In this document: piece by piece, positions 39,375-48,519 of the stretch
Layout of the letters: each line of letters opens with the position of its first letter
Position numbering within the stretch: position 1 is the first letter of the stretch
Assembly: GCA_026395685.1 (NCBI GenBank)
Contig: JAPLYG010000016.1
Span: 1,035 to 65,034 of the forward strand
Reading direction: 5' to 3'
DNA: 64,000 nucleotides
DNA from: Candidatus Parcubacteria bacterium
GTDB lineage: Bacteria > Patescibacteriota > Patescibacteriia > CAIXNZ01
Notes under the pieces: generated by a model
Databases searched by the model: none
What the model saw: only the letters and a program-made list of their open reading frames with translations
Told to the model about the DNA's origin: nothing
Made by a program: the position numbers and the translations under genes

Positions 39375-40424
39375 CTAATAAATTTTATCCATCAAACTAA
39401 TCACCACCCCAATCACCGCCATGACCGTAGCAATCAGCCAAAAACGCATAACAATCTTGCATTCTGGCCAGCCCTGAGCTTCCAAGTGATGATGAATGGG
39501 CGCGGAAATAAAGACTTTACGCTTAAAAAATCTTTTTGAAGTCAATTGAATCGCAGAAGATGAAACTTCAATTACAAATAGAAAACCGATTATCGGTAAT
39601 AATAAAACTGAATTAGTGAGCATAGCCACAATACCCAAGGTTATTCCCAACCCCATGGAGCCGGTATCACCCATATAAAAACGAGCTGGATTGATGTTAA
39701 ACCATAAAAAGGCTAAGAGTGCGCCTACAATTACCCCGCAAAAAGCGGATAAATCATAATTACCCTGCGTAAATGCAATAATGCCAAAAGCGGCAAAAGA
39801 GGAAGCCAAAAGTCCGCCTGCCAAACCATCCAATCCGTCAGTAATATTAACCGCATTTGAAGTAGCTACCATGATAAAAACCGAAACCGGAATGAACCAC
39901 CAGCCAATTTCAAAATTATTAATAAATGGTATGCGAATAACGTCCCAATCAAGTTTAAAATAAAACCAAAAAGCTCCCACCAGGGCAATTACTGTATAAA
40001 TCAGCAATTTATAGCGCATTTGCAAACCTCCGCCTTTGGAGCCTATACCTTTAATATTTAAAATATCATCAACCACACCGACAAGAGCGGCAGCCACTAA
40101 TGCGCCTAAAGGCAAATAAGTTTCTGAACGAGTTAAAAAATTCAATTTATCAAAAATTCCCCAGTCAGTCCACATGGCTAAACCATAAAAAGCCAGAGCC
40201 AAAACTAAAGTTGTTACCCAAATTAAAATCCCGCCCATGGTCGGCGTTCCTGCTTTATGTGCATGTAATTGTGACATGACCGGCGCACCCGATTCAGCTG
40301 GTCGTATATTCTTGCCCCATTTATATTTATACATGAAATGGGTCAAAAGCGGGGTTGATAAAAGTGCAACGATAAAAGCTAAGGCGGTTAAAAATAAAAT
40401 CTTAATGACGCTGAAATTATCCAT
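39375..40424 (-). CDS. mraY: Phospho-MurNAc-pentapeptide translocase MraY
   Basis: 10-TM protein with MraY loop motifs ('NAVNITDGLDGLA', 'GDTGSMGLG'-like 'MGDTGSMGLG'). Confidence 0.85.
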   Translation of the reverse strand: MDNFSVIKILFLTALAFIVALLSTPLLTHFMYKYKWGKNIRPAESGAPVMSQLHAHKAGTPTMGGILIWVTTLVLALAFYGLAMWTDWGIFDKLNFLTRSETYLPLGALVAAALVGVVDDILNIKGIGSKGGGLQMRYKLLIYTVIALVGAFWFYFKLDWDVIRIPFINNFEIGWWFIPVSVFIMVATSNAVNITDGLDGLAGGLLASSFAAFGIIAFTQGNYDLSAFCGVIVGALLAFLWFNINPARFYMGDTGSMGLGITLGIVAMLTNSVLLLPIIGFLFVIEVSSSAIQLTSKRFFKRKVFISAPIHHHLEAQGWPECKIVMRFWLIATVMAVIGVVISLMDKIY

Positions 40425-40439
40425 ATTATTAATTTTAAA

Positions 40440-40826
40440 CTAAATATTTAATAAAATCACAAAAATCCCGGCGGCAAATAAAATCAGCTGCAAAGCTGTC
40501 TGGGAGAAAACTAGAAAATGACTGATCATTTTCTCCTGCAGATAAAACAAATAAGCCAAAATATTATTAAAAATCAAAATAAACAAACCGAAGGCGGGAA
40601 TTATCAACGCCTGATACCAAGGTCCGACTTTATCAATGCCAAAATAAACATTATAATGCAGAGCAATCTGGCCCGAATCAGACAAATATGAAAAAGGTGA
40701 CAGCTTAAAATAAAGCGCTCCCCACAAGGTAACATTAATCAATATTCCTATAACCAAATTAATTTTGAACCAAATATCTTCGCGAAACGGATGCTCCAGA
40801 AATTTTGATATGCTATATAGCCACAT
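40440..40826 (-). CDS. Hypothetical 4-TM membrane protein
   Basis: Hydrophobic 128-aa ORF. Confidence 0.4.
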   Translation of the reverse strand: MWLYSISKFLEHPFREDIWFKINLVIGILINVTLWGALYFKLSPFSYLSDSGQIALHYNVYFGIDKVGPWYQALIIPAFGLFILIFNNILAYLFYLQEKMISHFLVFSQTALQLILFAAGIFVILLNI

Positions 40827-40954
40827 GGATTTAAGTCTAAAGTTAAAAGTCTAAAGTCTAAAGTTGTGAGAATTTACTTTATTTTAGCACAATACCTCTA
40901 AAAATAAAAGTCCCGATTTCCCAGAGTTCTTATTTGTATTCTAAATATTTTTAC

Positions 40955-42214
40955 TCAATTTTTTCGTTTTAAGGGCGACATTTCACGCAGCCTTTTTACA
41001 ATAGCCGGCAAAACTTCGATTACCCTGTCAATTTCCTTGGCAGTAGTTCCCTTGCCCAGGGTAAAGCGCAAAGATGCGTGGCAATCTTCAGCCGGAATAT
41101 CCATGGCGCGTAAAACATGAGAGGGTTCCAAGGAGCCGGAAGCGCAGGCTGAACCAGTAGAAACCGCAATACCTTCCAAATCAAGCATCAAAAGCATACT
41201 CTCCCCTTCAGCACCTAAAAAGCTGATATTCGCATTGCCTGGTACGCGTTTTTCCAAATTACCGTTAATTTGAGTATCGGGAATTTTCTTCGTTAAACCC
41301 GCAATCAATTTATCCCTTAATTTTCCAATTTTATCGTTTATTTCTGTTTGCTCTTTATTTACCAATTCTATTGCCACGCCCAAACCGACAATTCCAGCGA
41401 CATTATAAGTCCCCGGCCTGATATTATATTCCTGATGTCCACCAAAAATAATGGACTTAATCGGCGTGCCTTCTTTGATGTACAAAGCTCCAATTCCTTT
41501 GGGTCCGTAAATTTTATGTCCGGAAATTGTAATAAAATCAGTTTTTAAATAATCCGCCTTCATCGGGCAATAATTAACCGCCTGCACTGCATCAGTGTGA
41601 AAATAAATCTTATCATACAAATCCTTCGGACTTCGTACTTCGGACTTCGGCCTTCGTTTTAAGTTCGCCTTTTCAACAATTTCCCCGATTTTACGGATGG
41701 GCTGAATCGTTCCGATCTCATTATTAACATACATAATGGAAACCAAAATCGTATTGTCTTTAATTGCTTCTTTTATTTCATTTATTTTAACAACCCCATT
41801 AGAATCAACATTAACGAAAGTCACTTCAGCTAATCCTTCTTTTACCAATTCCTGACAAACCTCCAAAATTGCCGGGTGTTCAATTTTTGAAGTAATAATA
41901 TGAAATTTCTTGTCCTCCGGAGCTTTAGCGGAGGAGGATTCTTTTTTAGCGTTGCGAAATGCCATGAGCAAGCCGCGCAAGACCAGATTATTGCTTTCAG
42001 TCGCTCCGGAAGTAAAAATTACCTCCTTGAACTTGCAGCCAAAAAGATTAGCCAGCTGTTCCCTGGCCCAATCAACACCTTTAATCGCTTCTTGACCAAA
42101 GGAATGCAATGAGGACGCATTACCAAAAATATCAGTAAGATATGGCTGCATTTTTTTTAGAACTTGCGGATCAAGCGGCGTAGTCGCAGAATGATCCAAA
42201 TATATCTTTTCCAT
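40955..42214 (-). CDS. iscS: Cysteine desulfurase (IscS/NifS class V aminotransferase) with short repeat-encoded insertion
   Basis: 'ITSKIEHPAILE', PLP-lysine 'ISGHKIYGPKGIGALYI', active-site 'SGSACAS'; ~19-aa insertion encoded by ACTTCG microrepeat at 41620-41660. Confidence 0.8.
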   Translation of the reverse strand: MEKIYLDHSATTPLDPQVLKKMQPYLTDIFGNASSLHSFGQEAIKGVDWAREQLANLFGCKFKEVIFTSGATESNNLVLRGLLMAFRNAKKESSSAKAPEDKKFHIITSKIEHPAILEVCQELVKEGLAEVTFVNVDSNGVVKINEIKEAIKDNTILVSIMYVNNEIGTIQPIRKIGEIVEKANLKRRPKSEVRSPKDLYDKIYFHTDAVQAVNYCPMKADYLKTDFITISGHKIYGPKGIGALYIKEGTPIKSIIFGGHQEYNIRPGTYNVAGIVGLGVAIELVNKEQTEINDKIGKLRDKLIAGLTKKIPDTQINGNLEKRVPGNANISFLGAEGESMLLMLDLEGIAVSTGSACASGSLEPSHVLRAMDIPAEDCHASLRFTLGKGTTAKEIDRVIEVLPAIVKRLREMSPLKRKN

Positions 42215-42335
42215 ATTAGTTTATTAGTTAATTGGTTAATCAGTTTATTAGTCAAGCAACCTTATACAACTTTATAAAACCTAATACAACCTCATATAAC
42301 TTCCTTTTTCATACTTCGGCCTTCATCCTTAGGCC

Positions 42336-42560
42336 TTAAACCGCAATCACCTCTTTGACGCCTTTAACCTCTTTTTTAATCTGAGCCTCAATCCCCATCT
42401 TCAAAGTCATCTGCGACATGGGACAGTGAGCGCAGTGGCCGAGCAATTTAACTTTCACAATCCCCTTTTTTTCATCAACATCAACCAACTCCACATCCCC
42501 TCCATCCATCTGAAGTCCCGGCCTGACTTCTTCTAAAATTTTCTCAATTTGTTTTTTCAT
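42336..42560 (-). CDS. Nfu/NifU C-terminal-domain Fe-S carrier protein
   Basis: 'VRPGLQMDGGDVELVDVD...GHCAHCPMSQMTLK' CxxC Nfu signature. Confidence 0.7.
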   Translation of the reverse strand: MKKQIEKILEEVRPGLQMDGGDVELVDVDEKKGIVKVKLLGHCAHCPMSQMTLKMGIEAQIKKEVKGVKEVIAV

Positions 42561-42577
42561 AATGTTGTATTATTACA

Positions 42578-43149
42578 GGGGACTTTAGTCCCCGTTTGAT
42601 TTATTTAATATTTATATTTTTCAACAGGCAAATTCAATTCCCAATTTAAATTTTTCACATTTCCAATAATTTCCAAGATTGATTTTTTCTCATATTTCGT
42701 TAACAAATTATTATAATTTGAATACTCATATTTATTTAGATCATAAATATCCTCAACCAATCCATGTTTCCAGGGGTTCCCCAGTATATACCCCATAACC
42801 TTATAATATGCTTCCTGATTAAAAACATTACTAATATAATAACTATCCCAAATTGGTTTTGATATATTTTCCAGTAAAAAAGAAACACCACCATTAATCT
42901 TTTGAATAATTTTTGGCACATCCTTACCAGTCTTTAAGTAAAAAAGAATATGGTAATGATTCCTTAAAATACAATAAGAGTCATAAGAAAAATCATAAAT
43001 TGATTGCATTGATAAAATTTTTCCCAAAAGAAGCTTCCTATTATCTTCATTCTCAAAACAATTCAGACCATCAATAGTTCTACTTGTTAAAAAATAATAG
43101 TTATAGTCAAGATAGAATTTCATATTGTCTTACGCAGACTAAAGTCTGC
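42578..43149 (-). mobile_element. IS200/IS605-family-like unit: Y1 (HUH) transposase/RAYT-like ORF (42605-43123) flanked by subterminal hairpins GGGGACTTTAGTCCCC (42578-42593) and GCAGACTAAAGTCTGC (43134-43149)
   Basis: Translation shows 'NHYHIL' HUH motif, 'YILGNPWKHGLV' and C-terminal Tyr-rich helix typical of IS200-like/REP-associated tyrosine transposases; flanking palindromes share the GACT-TTA-AGTC core in opposite orientation. Confidence 0.5.
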
Positions 43150-43163
43150 TATAATAATTCATA

Positions 43164-43586
43164 TTAACAGTGCGCATGTTCCTCTTCTTCCAATTTTTCC
43201 GTAAAAGTCTCCCCGCGATAATCAGCCACGGCTTTTTTCAGTCCAGCTGCCGCCAAAACAGAACAGTGAATTTTTTCTTTGGGCATACCGCCAAGCTTTT
43301 CCGCAATCTGCTCGCGGGTAATTTTTAAAGCCTCTTCAATTGTTTTACCTTTTGCCATTTCAGTCAGCATCGAAGATGAGGCAATGGCAGCGCCGCAGCC
43401 TAGAGTTTGGAATTTAATGTCTTTGATAATTTCTTCGCCTTTCTCGTTTTTATCAACCTCAATATAAATCTTCATCATATCACCGCAGACAGGATTACCT
43501 ACTTCGCCCACGCCATCAGGACTTGCTAATTCGCCCTGATTGCGCGGATTTTTGAAATGGTCCATTAAAATTTGAGTGTATTGCAT
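43164..43586 (-). CDS. iscU: Fe-S cluster scaffold IscU
   Basis: 'GNPVCGDMMKIYI', 'LGCGAAIASSS', 'HC' C-terminus. Confidence 0.85.
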   Translation of the reverse strand: MQYTQILMDHFKNPRNQGELASPDGVGEVGNPVCGDMMKIYIEVDKNEKGEEIIKDIKFQTLGCGAAIASSSMLTEMAKGKTIEEALKITREQIAEKLGGMPKEKIHCSVLAAAGLKKAVADYRGETFTEKLEEEEHAHC

Positions 43587-43674
43587 ATTTTTTAAGGCCG
43601 AGGTCTCAAGGATGAAGTCTGGATTATTTTATAATCTTCAAATTACTTCATACTTCGTACTTCGTGCTTCATAC

Positions 43675-44118
43675 TTATTTAATTAAATCGCTTAATTTAA
43701 TTGAATTCAAAGTTTTACTAATGCCCTGATCCAGCTTTTGCCACACAATCTTACTCTGGCAATCACATCCTTTTTTTGCGCATAAACCGCCGATCCCGGC
43801 GCAAACATATGGGGCCAAACTACCTTCTAACGCTGTAAGAATATCCTTTACTGAAATCCTTAGCGCAGGCTTGGCTAATTTATATCCGCCGTTAACGCCT
43901 TTAACACTCACCACTATCTTGGCCCTTTTCAATTTGGCAAAAAGACGCTCCAAATAAGCCAAAGAGATTTTTTCTTCCTTGGCAATTTTAGCTAGTGAAT
44001 AAGGCACATTTCCCTGATTTTTCGACAAATTTACCAATGCCCTTAATCCGTATTCAGATTTTGTGGAAAACATCATATCTTTCGGCCTTTGGACTTCATC
44101 CTTCGGCCTTAATTCCAA
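43675..44118 (-). CDS. iscR: Rrf2-family regulator (IscR-like) with C-terminal Cys cluster
   Basis: 'SEYGLRALVNL' Rrf2 HTH; 'CAGIGGLCAKKGCDC'. Confidence 0.75.
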   Translation of the reverse strand: MELRPKDEVQRPKDMMFSTKSEYGLRALVNLSKNQGNVPYSLAKIAKEEKISLAYLERLFAKLKRAKIVVSVKGVNGGYKLAKPALRISVKDILTALEGSLAPYVCAGIGGLCAKKGCDCQSKIVWQKLDQGISKTLNSIKLSDLIK

Positions 44119-44307
44119 CCAATTTAGTTGGTATTCATATTATATCCGCTTATAACCAGATAGTCAAGCCAACTTATTGACAGCCATTTCAAAATCTGTT
44201 AAACTATTTTTATAAAATATTAAGGTGCAGAGGCAGTTTACGGCAGACGCTTTACCGTCAGACGAAACAGCCATCAAAACCTTTTAACAATTAATGATCT
44301 AAAAGAT

Positions 44308-44592
44308 ATGTCACATAAAAAAGCAGGTGGTAGTTCCGCCAATGGACGGGATTCAAATTCCCAAAGACTGGGCGTAAAACGCTACGAAGGTCAGCTTGTC
44401 ACTGCAGGAAATATTCTGGTTCGACAAAGAGGCGTGGCAATCAGACCCGGACAAAATGTAATGAAAGGCAAAGACGATACTCTCTTTACTATAATTGACG
44501 GCATTGTTAAATTTACTGAACGCAAAGTGCGCAGATTTAATAACCATCTATTAAAAGCAAAATTTGTCAGTGTTTTACCGGTAAAAAAATAA
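44308..44592 (+). CDS. rpmA: Ribosomal protein L27
   Basis: '[28 protein letters not shown]...VRQRG' near-identical pattern to bacterial L27; TTGACA-17-TAAACT promoter at ~44180. Confidence 0.85.
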   Translation: MSHKKAGGSSANGRDSNSQRLGVKRYEGQLVTAGNILVRQRGVAIRPGQNVMKGKDDTLFTIIDGIVKFTERKVRRFNNHLLKAKFVSVLPVKK

Positions 44593-44653
44593 TATCGTAA
44601 TATAAAAGAACGACGCAGCCAATGTGTCGTTCTTTTTATTTGTAATAATTCTT

Positions 44654-45328
44654 TTATTCTAACAGAGGTGATGTCAGATCATTAATTTCCGCTGTTTCGG
44701 GGATTTTAAACATAATATCTTCTATCCGGTTAAAATTAAATTTCTCATAAGTTGTTATGCTTTTGCCGTCAGTTGTTTCAGCTTCAACCTTGACTGGCAA
44801 ACCATACTTTTGCCAAAGCCAGACTCTAGTTAAGTATGCTCCATCTTTATATTGCACAAGCAAACAATTTATATTATCAACGACTTCTTTGCCCACGATT
44901 TCCAAATTATATTTTTCCAGCCCAGCTGCCAAATCCATTGCTGTTGCATCTGCCCGAGCCCCCAAGCTCAAGATCATTTTGTCGGCTGTATTATTTTCAG
45001 GATTGTAAAGATAAAAAATATTATTTTCCTGGTCAGAAATCGAAATCGTCTTTTTCCCGTTTTTTTCTTTCTCTATCCTAATCTTTTCTTTATTTTGCCA
45101 ATATTTTCCCTTAGACACCTGCCCGTTTTCAGTTTGAACGTTAAAATCATAATAAATATTTTTTATATTTTTTGCCCGGCTAATTAATTCCTCAACCTTA
45201 TCTGTTTCTGTAAGCTCTGATGTCTTGATTACTAATTTTGAATCGCCATCCTGTACATAAACCTTCTTACAGGCGCTTAAACTGACAACAATCAAAAGAC
45301 ACAAAATTAGAAATAAATACTTCTTCAT
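44654..45328 (-). CDS. Lipoprotein (lipobox LSAC), function unknown
   Basis: 'MKKYLFLILCLLIVVSLSAC' signal peptidase II motif. Confidence 0.45.
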   Translation of the reverse strand: MKKYLFLILCLLIVVSLSACKKVYVQDGDSKLVIKTSELTETDKVEELISRAKNIKNIYYDFNVQTENGQVSKGKYWQNKEKIRIEKEKNGKKTISISDQENNIFYLYNPENNTADKMILSLGARADATAMDLAAGLEKYNLEIVGKEVVDNINCLLVQYKDGAYLTRVWLWQKYGLPVKVEAETTDGKSITTYEKFNFNRIEDIMFKIPETAEINDLTSPLLE

Positions 45329-45370
45329 ATCTATACTTTATAATTAATCATAAAAATAAAAGCCTGTAAT

Positions 45371-46219
45371 TTATTGAATAGTATATTCGACTTTTGACTG
45401 CTGACCATCAGACAAAATGATGACTATCGAGTATTTGCCAACTGGCCAACTTGTAACCGGCTTAGAAAATGAAAAATTTGAAATAATATCTCCGCCCTGT
45501 TTAACCTCATCAGTTACCGGCCCGACCTGATCTCCGGTTGGCAAATAAGTCATTACAGCCTCAATCAGTAAACCGGGCGTTGTTTTGGTAATATATGCTG
45601 AAACCAGTATTTTCTCGGTCTCGGGCGCAAAAACGTCTTTTGACTGACTAACTACTCCACGCTGATCAACTTTATCACCCACTTTAACTTCCATTATTTT
45701 CGTCTCCTTGCCAGACAATTCAGGATTTAGCTGTAAAATATCGGCGTTCAACAAACTCTCTATCTGCGGAAAAGAAAATCCCTGTTTTTCCTGAGCTGGC
45801 TCCATATTAATAGCAGAAATTTTCCATTCCTTTCCTTCCCTAATAAAACTGAATTCAACTGTTTTACTCAAGCCGTTATTGGAATTTAAATTAACCACCA
45901 ATAATCCGGTGTCTTTGGTAATTTTTCTTTTGGTAACCGCATAATGGTTATAATTGGCTAGCACGGGATACTGCTCAATAAAAGCCTTGAACTGGTCCAA
46001 AGAAGTAGCTTTTTGAAAATCTTGTGCTGTCAAACTGTAGGCATTGGCAAAATCCTTATTTTTTATAAATTCTAATTGCTTGGCTGTTACATTCTCCAAC
46101 GCAGCTGAAGCCCAATACAATACTAATCCGCTAAGGAGAATAAACCCCACCAAAAATGCCAGAATTTGCAACGTCAAGATTAATTTTTTATTGGAAAAAA
46201 TTTGGAAAATTTGAGTCAT
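45371..46219 (-). CDS. Hypothetical membrane-anchored extracytoplasmic protein
   Basis: N-terminal TM then soluble domain. Confidence 0.4.
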   Translation of the reverse strand: MTQIFQIFSNKKLILTLQILAFLVGFILLSGLVLYWASAALENVTAKQLEFIKNKDFANAYSLTAQDFQKATSLDQFKAFIEQYPVLANYNHYAVTKRKITKDTGLLVVNLNSNNGLSKTVEFSFIREGKEWKISAINMEPAQEKQGFSFPQIESLLNADILQLNPELSGKETKIMEVKVGDKVDQRGVVSQSKDVFAPETEKILVSAYITKTTPGLLIEAVMTYLPTGDQVGPVTDEVKQGGDIISNFSFSKPVTSWPVGKYSIVIILSDGQQSKVEYTIQ

Positions 46220-46233
46220 AACTATAATATTTT

Positions 46234-48321
46234 TTACTGGACAGAATAAAATTCAAAATCATTTACCTTTTCCCAGTCGCGCTCATTCAAGACAGTAATT
46301 TTCTCATTGCTGATTATATATAAATAATCATTTAAATATAAAGCGCGTTTAACCCCCTGATCACTGACAGCTTTAACCAGCTTCAGTTGGTCATTTTTAT
46401 AGGAAAAGACATACCCGCCCTTGCCGCCTGGCAGGAAAAAGACCTCATACTTGGAATCCATTAAAAAGGCGTGATGATTCGTTACTGCCTCTGACCAATA
46501 TTCCTCCAGCAGATATTTTGCCAATTCTTTGGGATCAGACGGATTGGAAACATCAAAAATGGCGACTTTAACCTTATTATTTTCCTCGCCAATGCCGATA
46601 ATCTTATCTTTATTAATCGGGTGCAGATAGCCTGAATAGCCGGGGATCTTTAGTTCACCTTTTAATTCCGGCTTTTTGGGATTTGATAAATCAATCACAT
46701 AAAAAGGATCGGTCTGGCGAAAAGTAACCACATAACCTTTATCTTCAATAAATCTGGCTGAATATATCCTTTCTGTTAAGCCCAGATCCAAAACTGAACC
46801 GATAACCTTTAAATCCTTATCTAAAACATAAACATCATTGGCGCTTTCACTCGTACCGCCGCCAACCATGCCGAACCAGGATTGGCCGACTGTTGTGGCC
46901 ACGCGCAGATTGCCATTATATTCATCGAGGCTGAACTGATTCAGCGGTTTTCCCGGCACACTGCCATTGGCAGTAATTTTAAAACCATCTATCGCGATTT
47001 TAAAAATGCCTGATTGTTCCAGTTCCCGGCGATGTGCCTTGCCATAAGTTTGCATTCTATTAGTCATTTCATTTTCCAAAAGCATGCGGTCATCATCGTT
47101 AAGTGAACTGATCCAACGCTCCATAACAGTGTTTAATTCCGCCATTTTAGCCTGAGAACCCAAATCATAAGTTTGTAATTTCTGTAATTTATCAGTCACC
47201 CAGCTAGGTACTATGTCGGAATTTTCCTTGAAAAAATTAAACAAATATCTGACCATGTCCCCCGGATAATAATAAGTGACAAAAATATTGTCCTTAGACA
47301 CATAGATGATTGACTGAGAATTTGACCCGACAAAAGATACAGTTTTTTCTACTTTTCCATCAGCAGGATTTATGGCCATGACCGTAAAAGTTGCATCTGT
47401 CGGCACAATTACTTCGGGATGATAAATATCGGTACAGCTGATAGACACCCCGCTACCGTCAATTTTAAGAGGTTCATATGGACAAGGCTGGTCATATTTA
47501 ATATTATTTCTGGTAATCACATATATTTTGTCCTGATACAGCCGGCTGGTTAAAATATAGCTGTTATCACCCGCTTCTGCGGTCCATTTAACCGCTGGCT
47601 TTGCTTTGTCGGAAATATCATAGCCGTAAATTTTCCTGTTATCATCGCTAAAAACCGTTAAAATATTATTTTTTAAAAGCATTGAGCCGTTAATTTCCAA
47701 TTCTGAATCAAGCTTTAAATCAGCCGGCGGATAAGCCTTAACCAGTTTTATTCCGTTTTTAATTTCACGGGATATCGGAGGTACCGGAGCAATTTCAGTG
47801 TTTACATCTGGTGCAAACTCGATCATTGGTACTGATACCGGGATTTGCCTATAGGGCTGAAACCAGCGATCACCGGAAAAATATATTTCTTTGCCGTCAG
47901 TTTTGACAATATCAGGCTCATCAATGCCGCTAACCTGGACATTGGTCTCGGAAACTCTGTCTGCGCCAATACTGCCGGTAGACAACCCGGTGCTTTCACT
48001 AAATGAGCCCAAATCATCCAAGGCAAATTCTCCCCCACTATTTGAAGCTGGAGAAGTAAATTCACGTATTACAGTACTACTATATCCTGTCTGAGACGAG
48101 ACGCTTGCTTCTTCCAGATATTTTTTAAATTCATCATTAGAGGTAAATTTTTTAATGCCCTTTAACTGGCCGGATAAATCATTTTGACTGTTTAGATTTA
48201 AAAAACTGAAGTTCTGCTGATTGTTGTTTTTATAATTTAAAACAAAATACAGCAAAGCGCCATTTATTACTACCAAAAGCAGAATAATCACAATAAATAA
48301 AATCTTTAAATTTTTGTTCAT
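46234..48321 (-). CDS. Large secreted/membrane-anchored beta-propeller-domain protein
   Basis: N-terminal TM; C-terminal half with repeated beta-strand blades ('YVTFRQTDPFYVIDLSNPKKPELKGELKIPGYSGYLHP'). Confidence 0.5.
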   Translation of the reverse strand: MNKNLKILFIVIILLLVVINGALLYFVLNYKNNNQQNFSFLNLNSQNDLSGQLKGIKKFTSNDEFKKYLEEASVSSQTGYSSTVIREFTSPASNSGGEFALDDLGSFSESTGLSTGSIGADRVSETNVQVSGIDEPDIVKTDGKEIYFSGDRWFQPYRQIPVSVPMIEFAPDVNTEIAPVPPISREIKNGIKLVKAYPPADLKLDSELEINGSMLLKNNILTVFSDDNRKIYGYDISDKAKPAVKWTAEAGDNSYILTSRLYQDKIYVITRNNIKYDQPCPYEPLKIDGSGVSISCTDIYHPEVIVPTDATFTVMAINPADGKVEKTVSFVGSNSQSIIYVSKDNIFVTYYYPGDMVRYLFNFFKENSDIVPSWVTDKLQKLQTYDLGSQAKMAELNTVMERWISSLNDDDRMLLENEMTNRMQTYGKAHRRELEQSGIFKIAIDGFKITANGSVPGKPLNQFSLDEYNGNLRVATTVGQSWFGMVGGGTSESANDVYVLDKDLKVIGSVLDLGLTERIYSARFIEDKGYVVTFRQTDPFYVIDLSNPKKPELKGELKIPGYSGYLHPINKDKIIGIGEENNKVKVAIFDVSNPSDPKELAKYLLEEYWSEAVTNHHAFLMDSKYEVFFLPGGKGGYVFSYKNDQLKLVKAVSDQGVKRALYLNDYLYIISNEKITVLNERDWEKVNDFEFYSVQ

Positions 48322-48460
48322 AGTCCTAATTATTAATTAAATATCTTATATTATTAATCCACGAGAAAGGCACCTTAAGGTAACATTAAGCTGAATATAT
48401 TATATCATTTTTCTTTAACAATAAAAAAAGGTTATACACCGCTACAAAATTGCCGCAAAC

Positions 48461-48499
48461 AAAAAATCACGAAAGCGCTTGGACATTTCGTGATTTTTA
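48461..48499. terminator. Bidirectional terminator hairpin (ATCACGAAA-loop-TTTCGTGAT) with A- and T-runs
   Basis: 9-bp perfect stem flanked by A6/T5. Confidence 0.55.
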
Positions 48500-48519
48500 A
48501 TTTGAATTAAAGAGTATTT

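Noticed and set aside
41620-43680. CRISPR array interpretation of the ACTTCG repeats
   Set aside because: Units are 6-8 nt, degenerate and without regular spacers; no cas genes.
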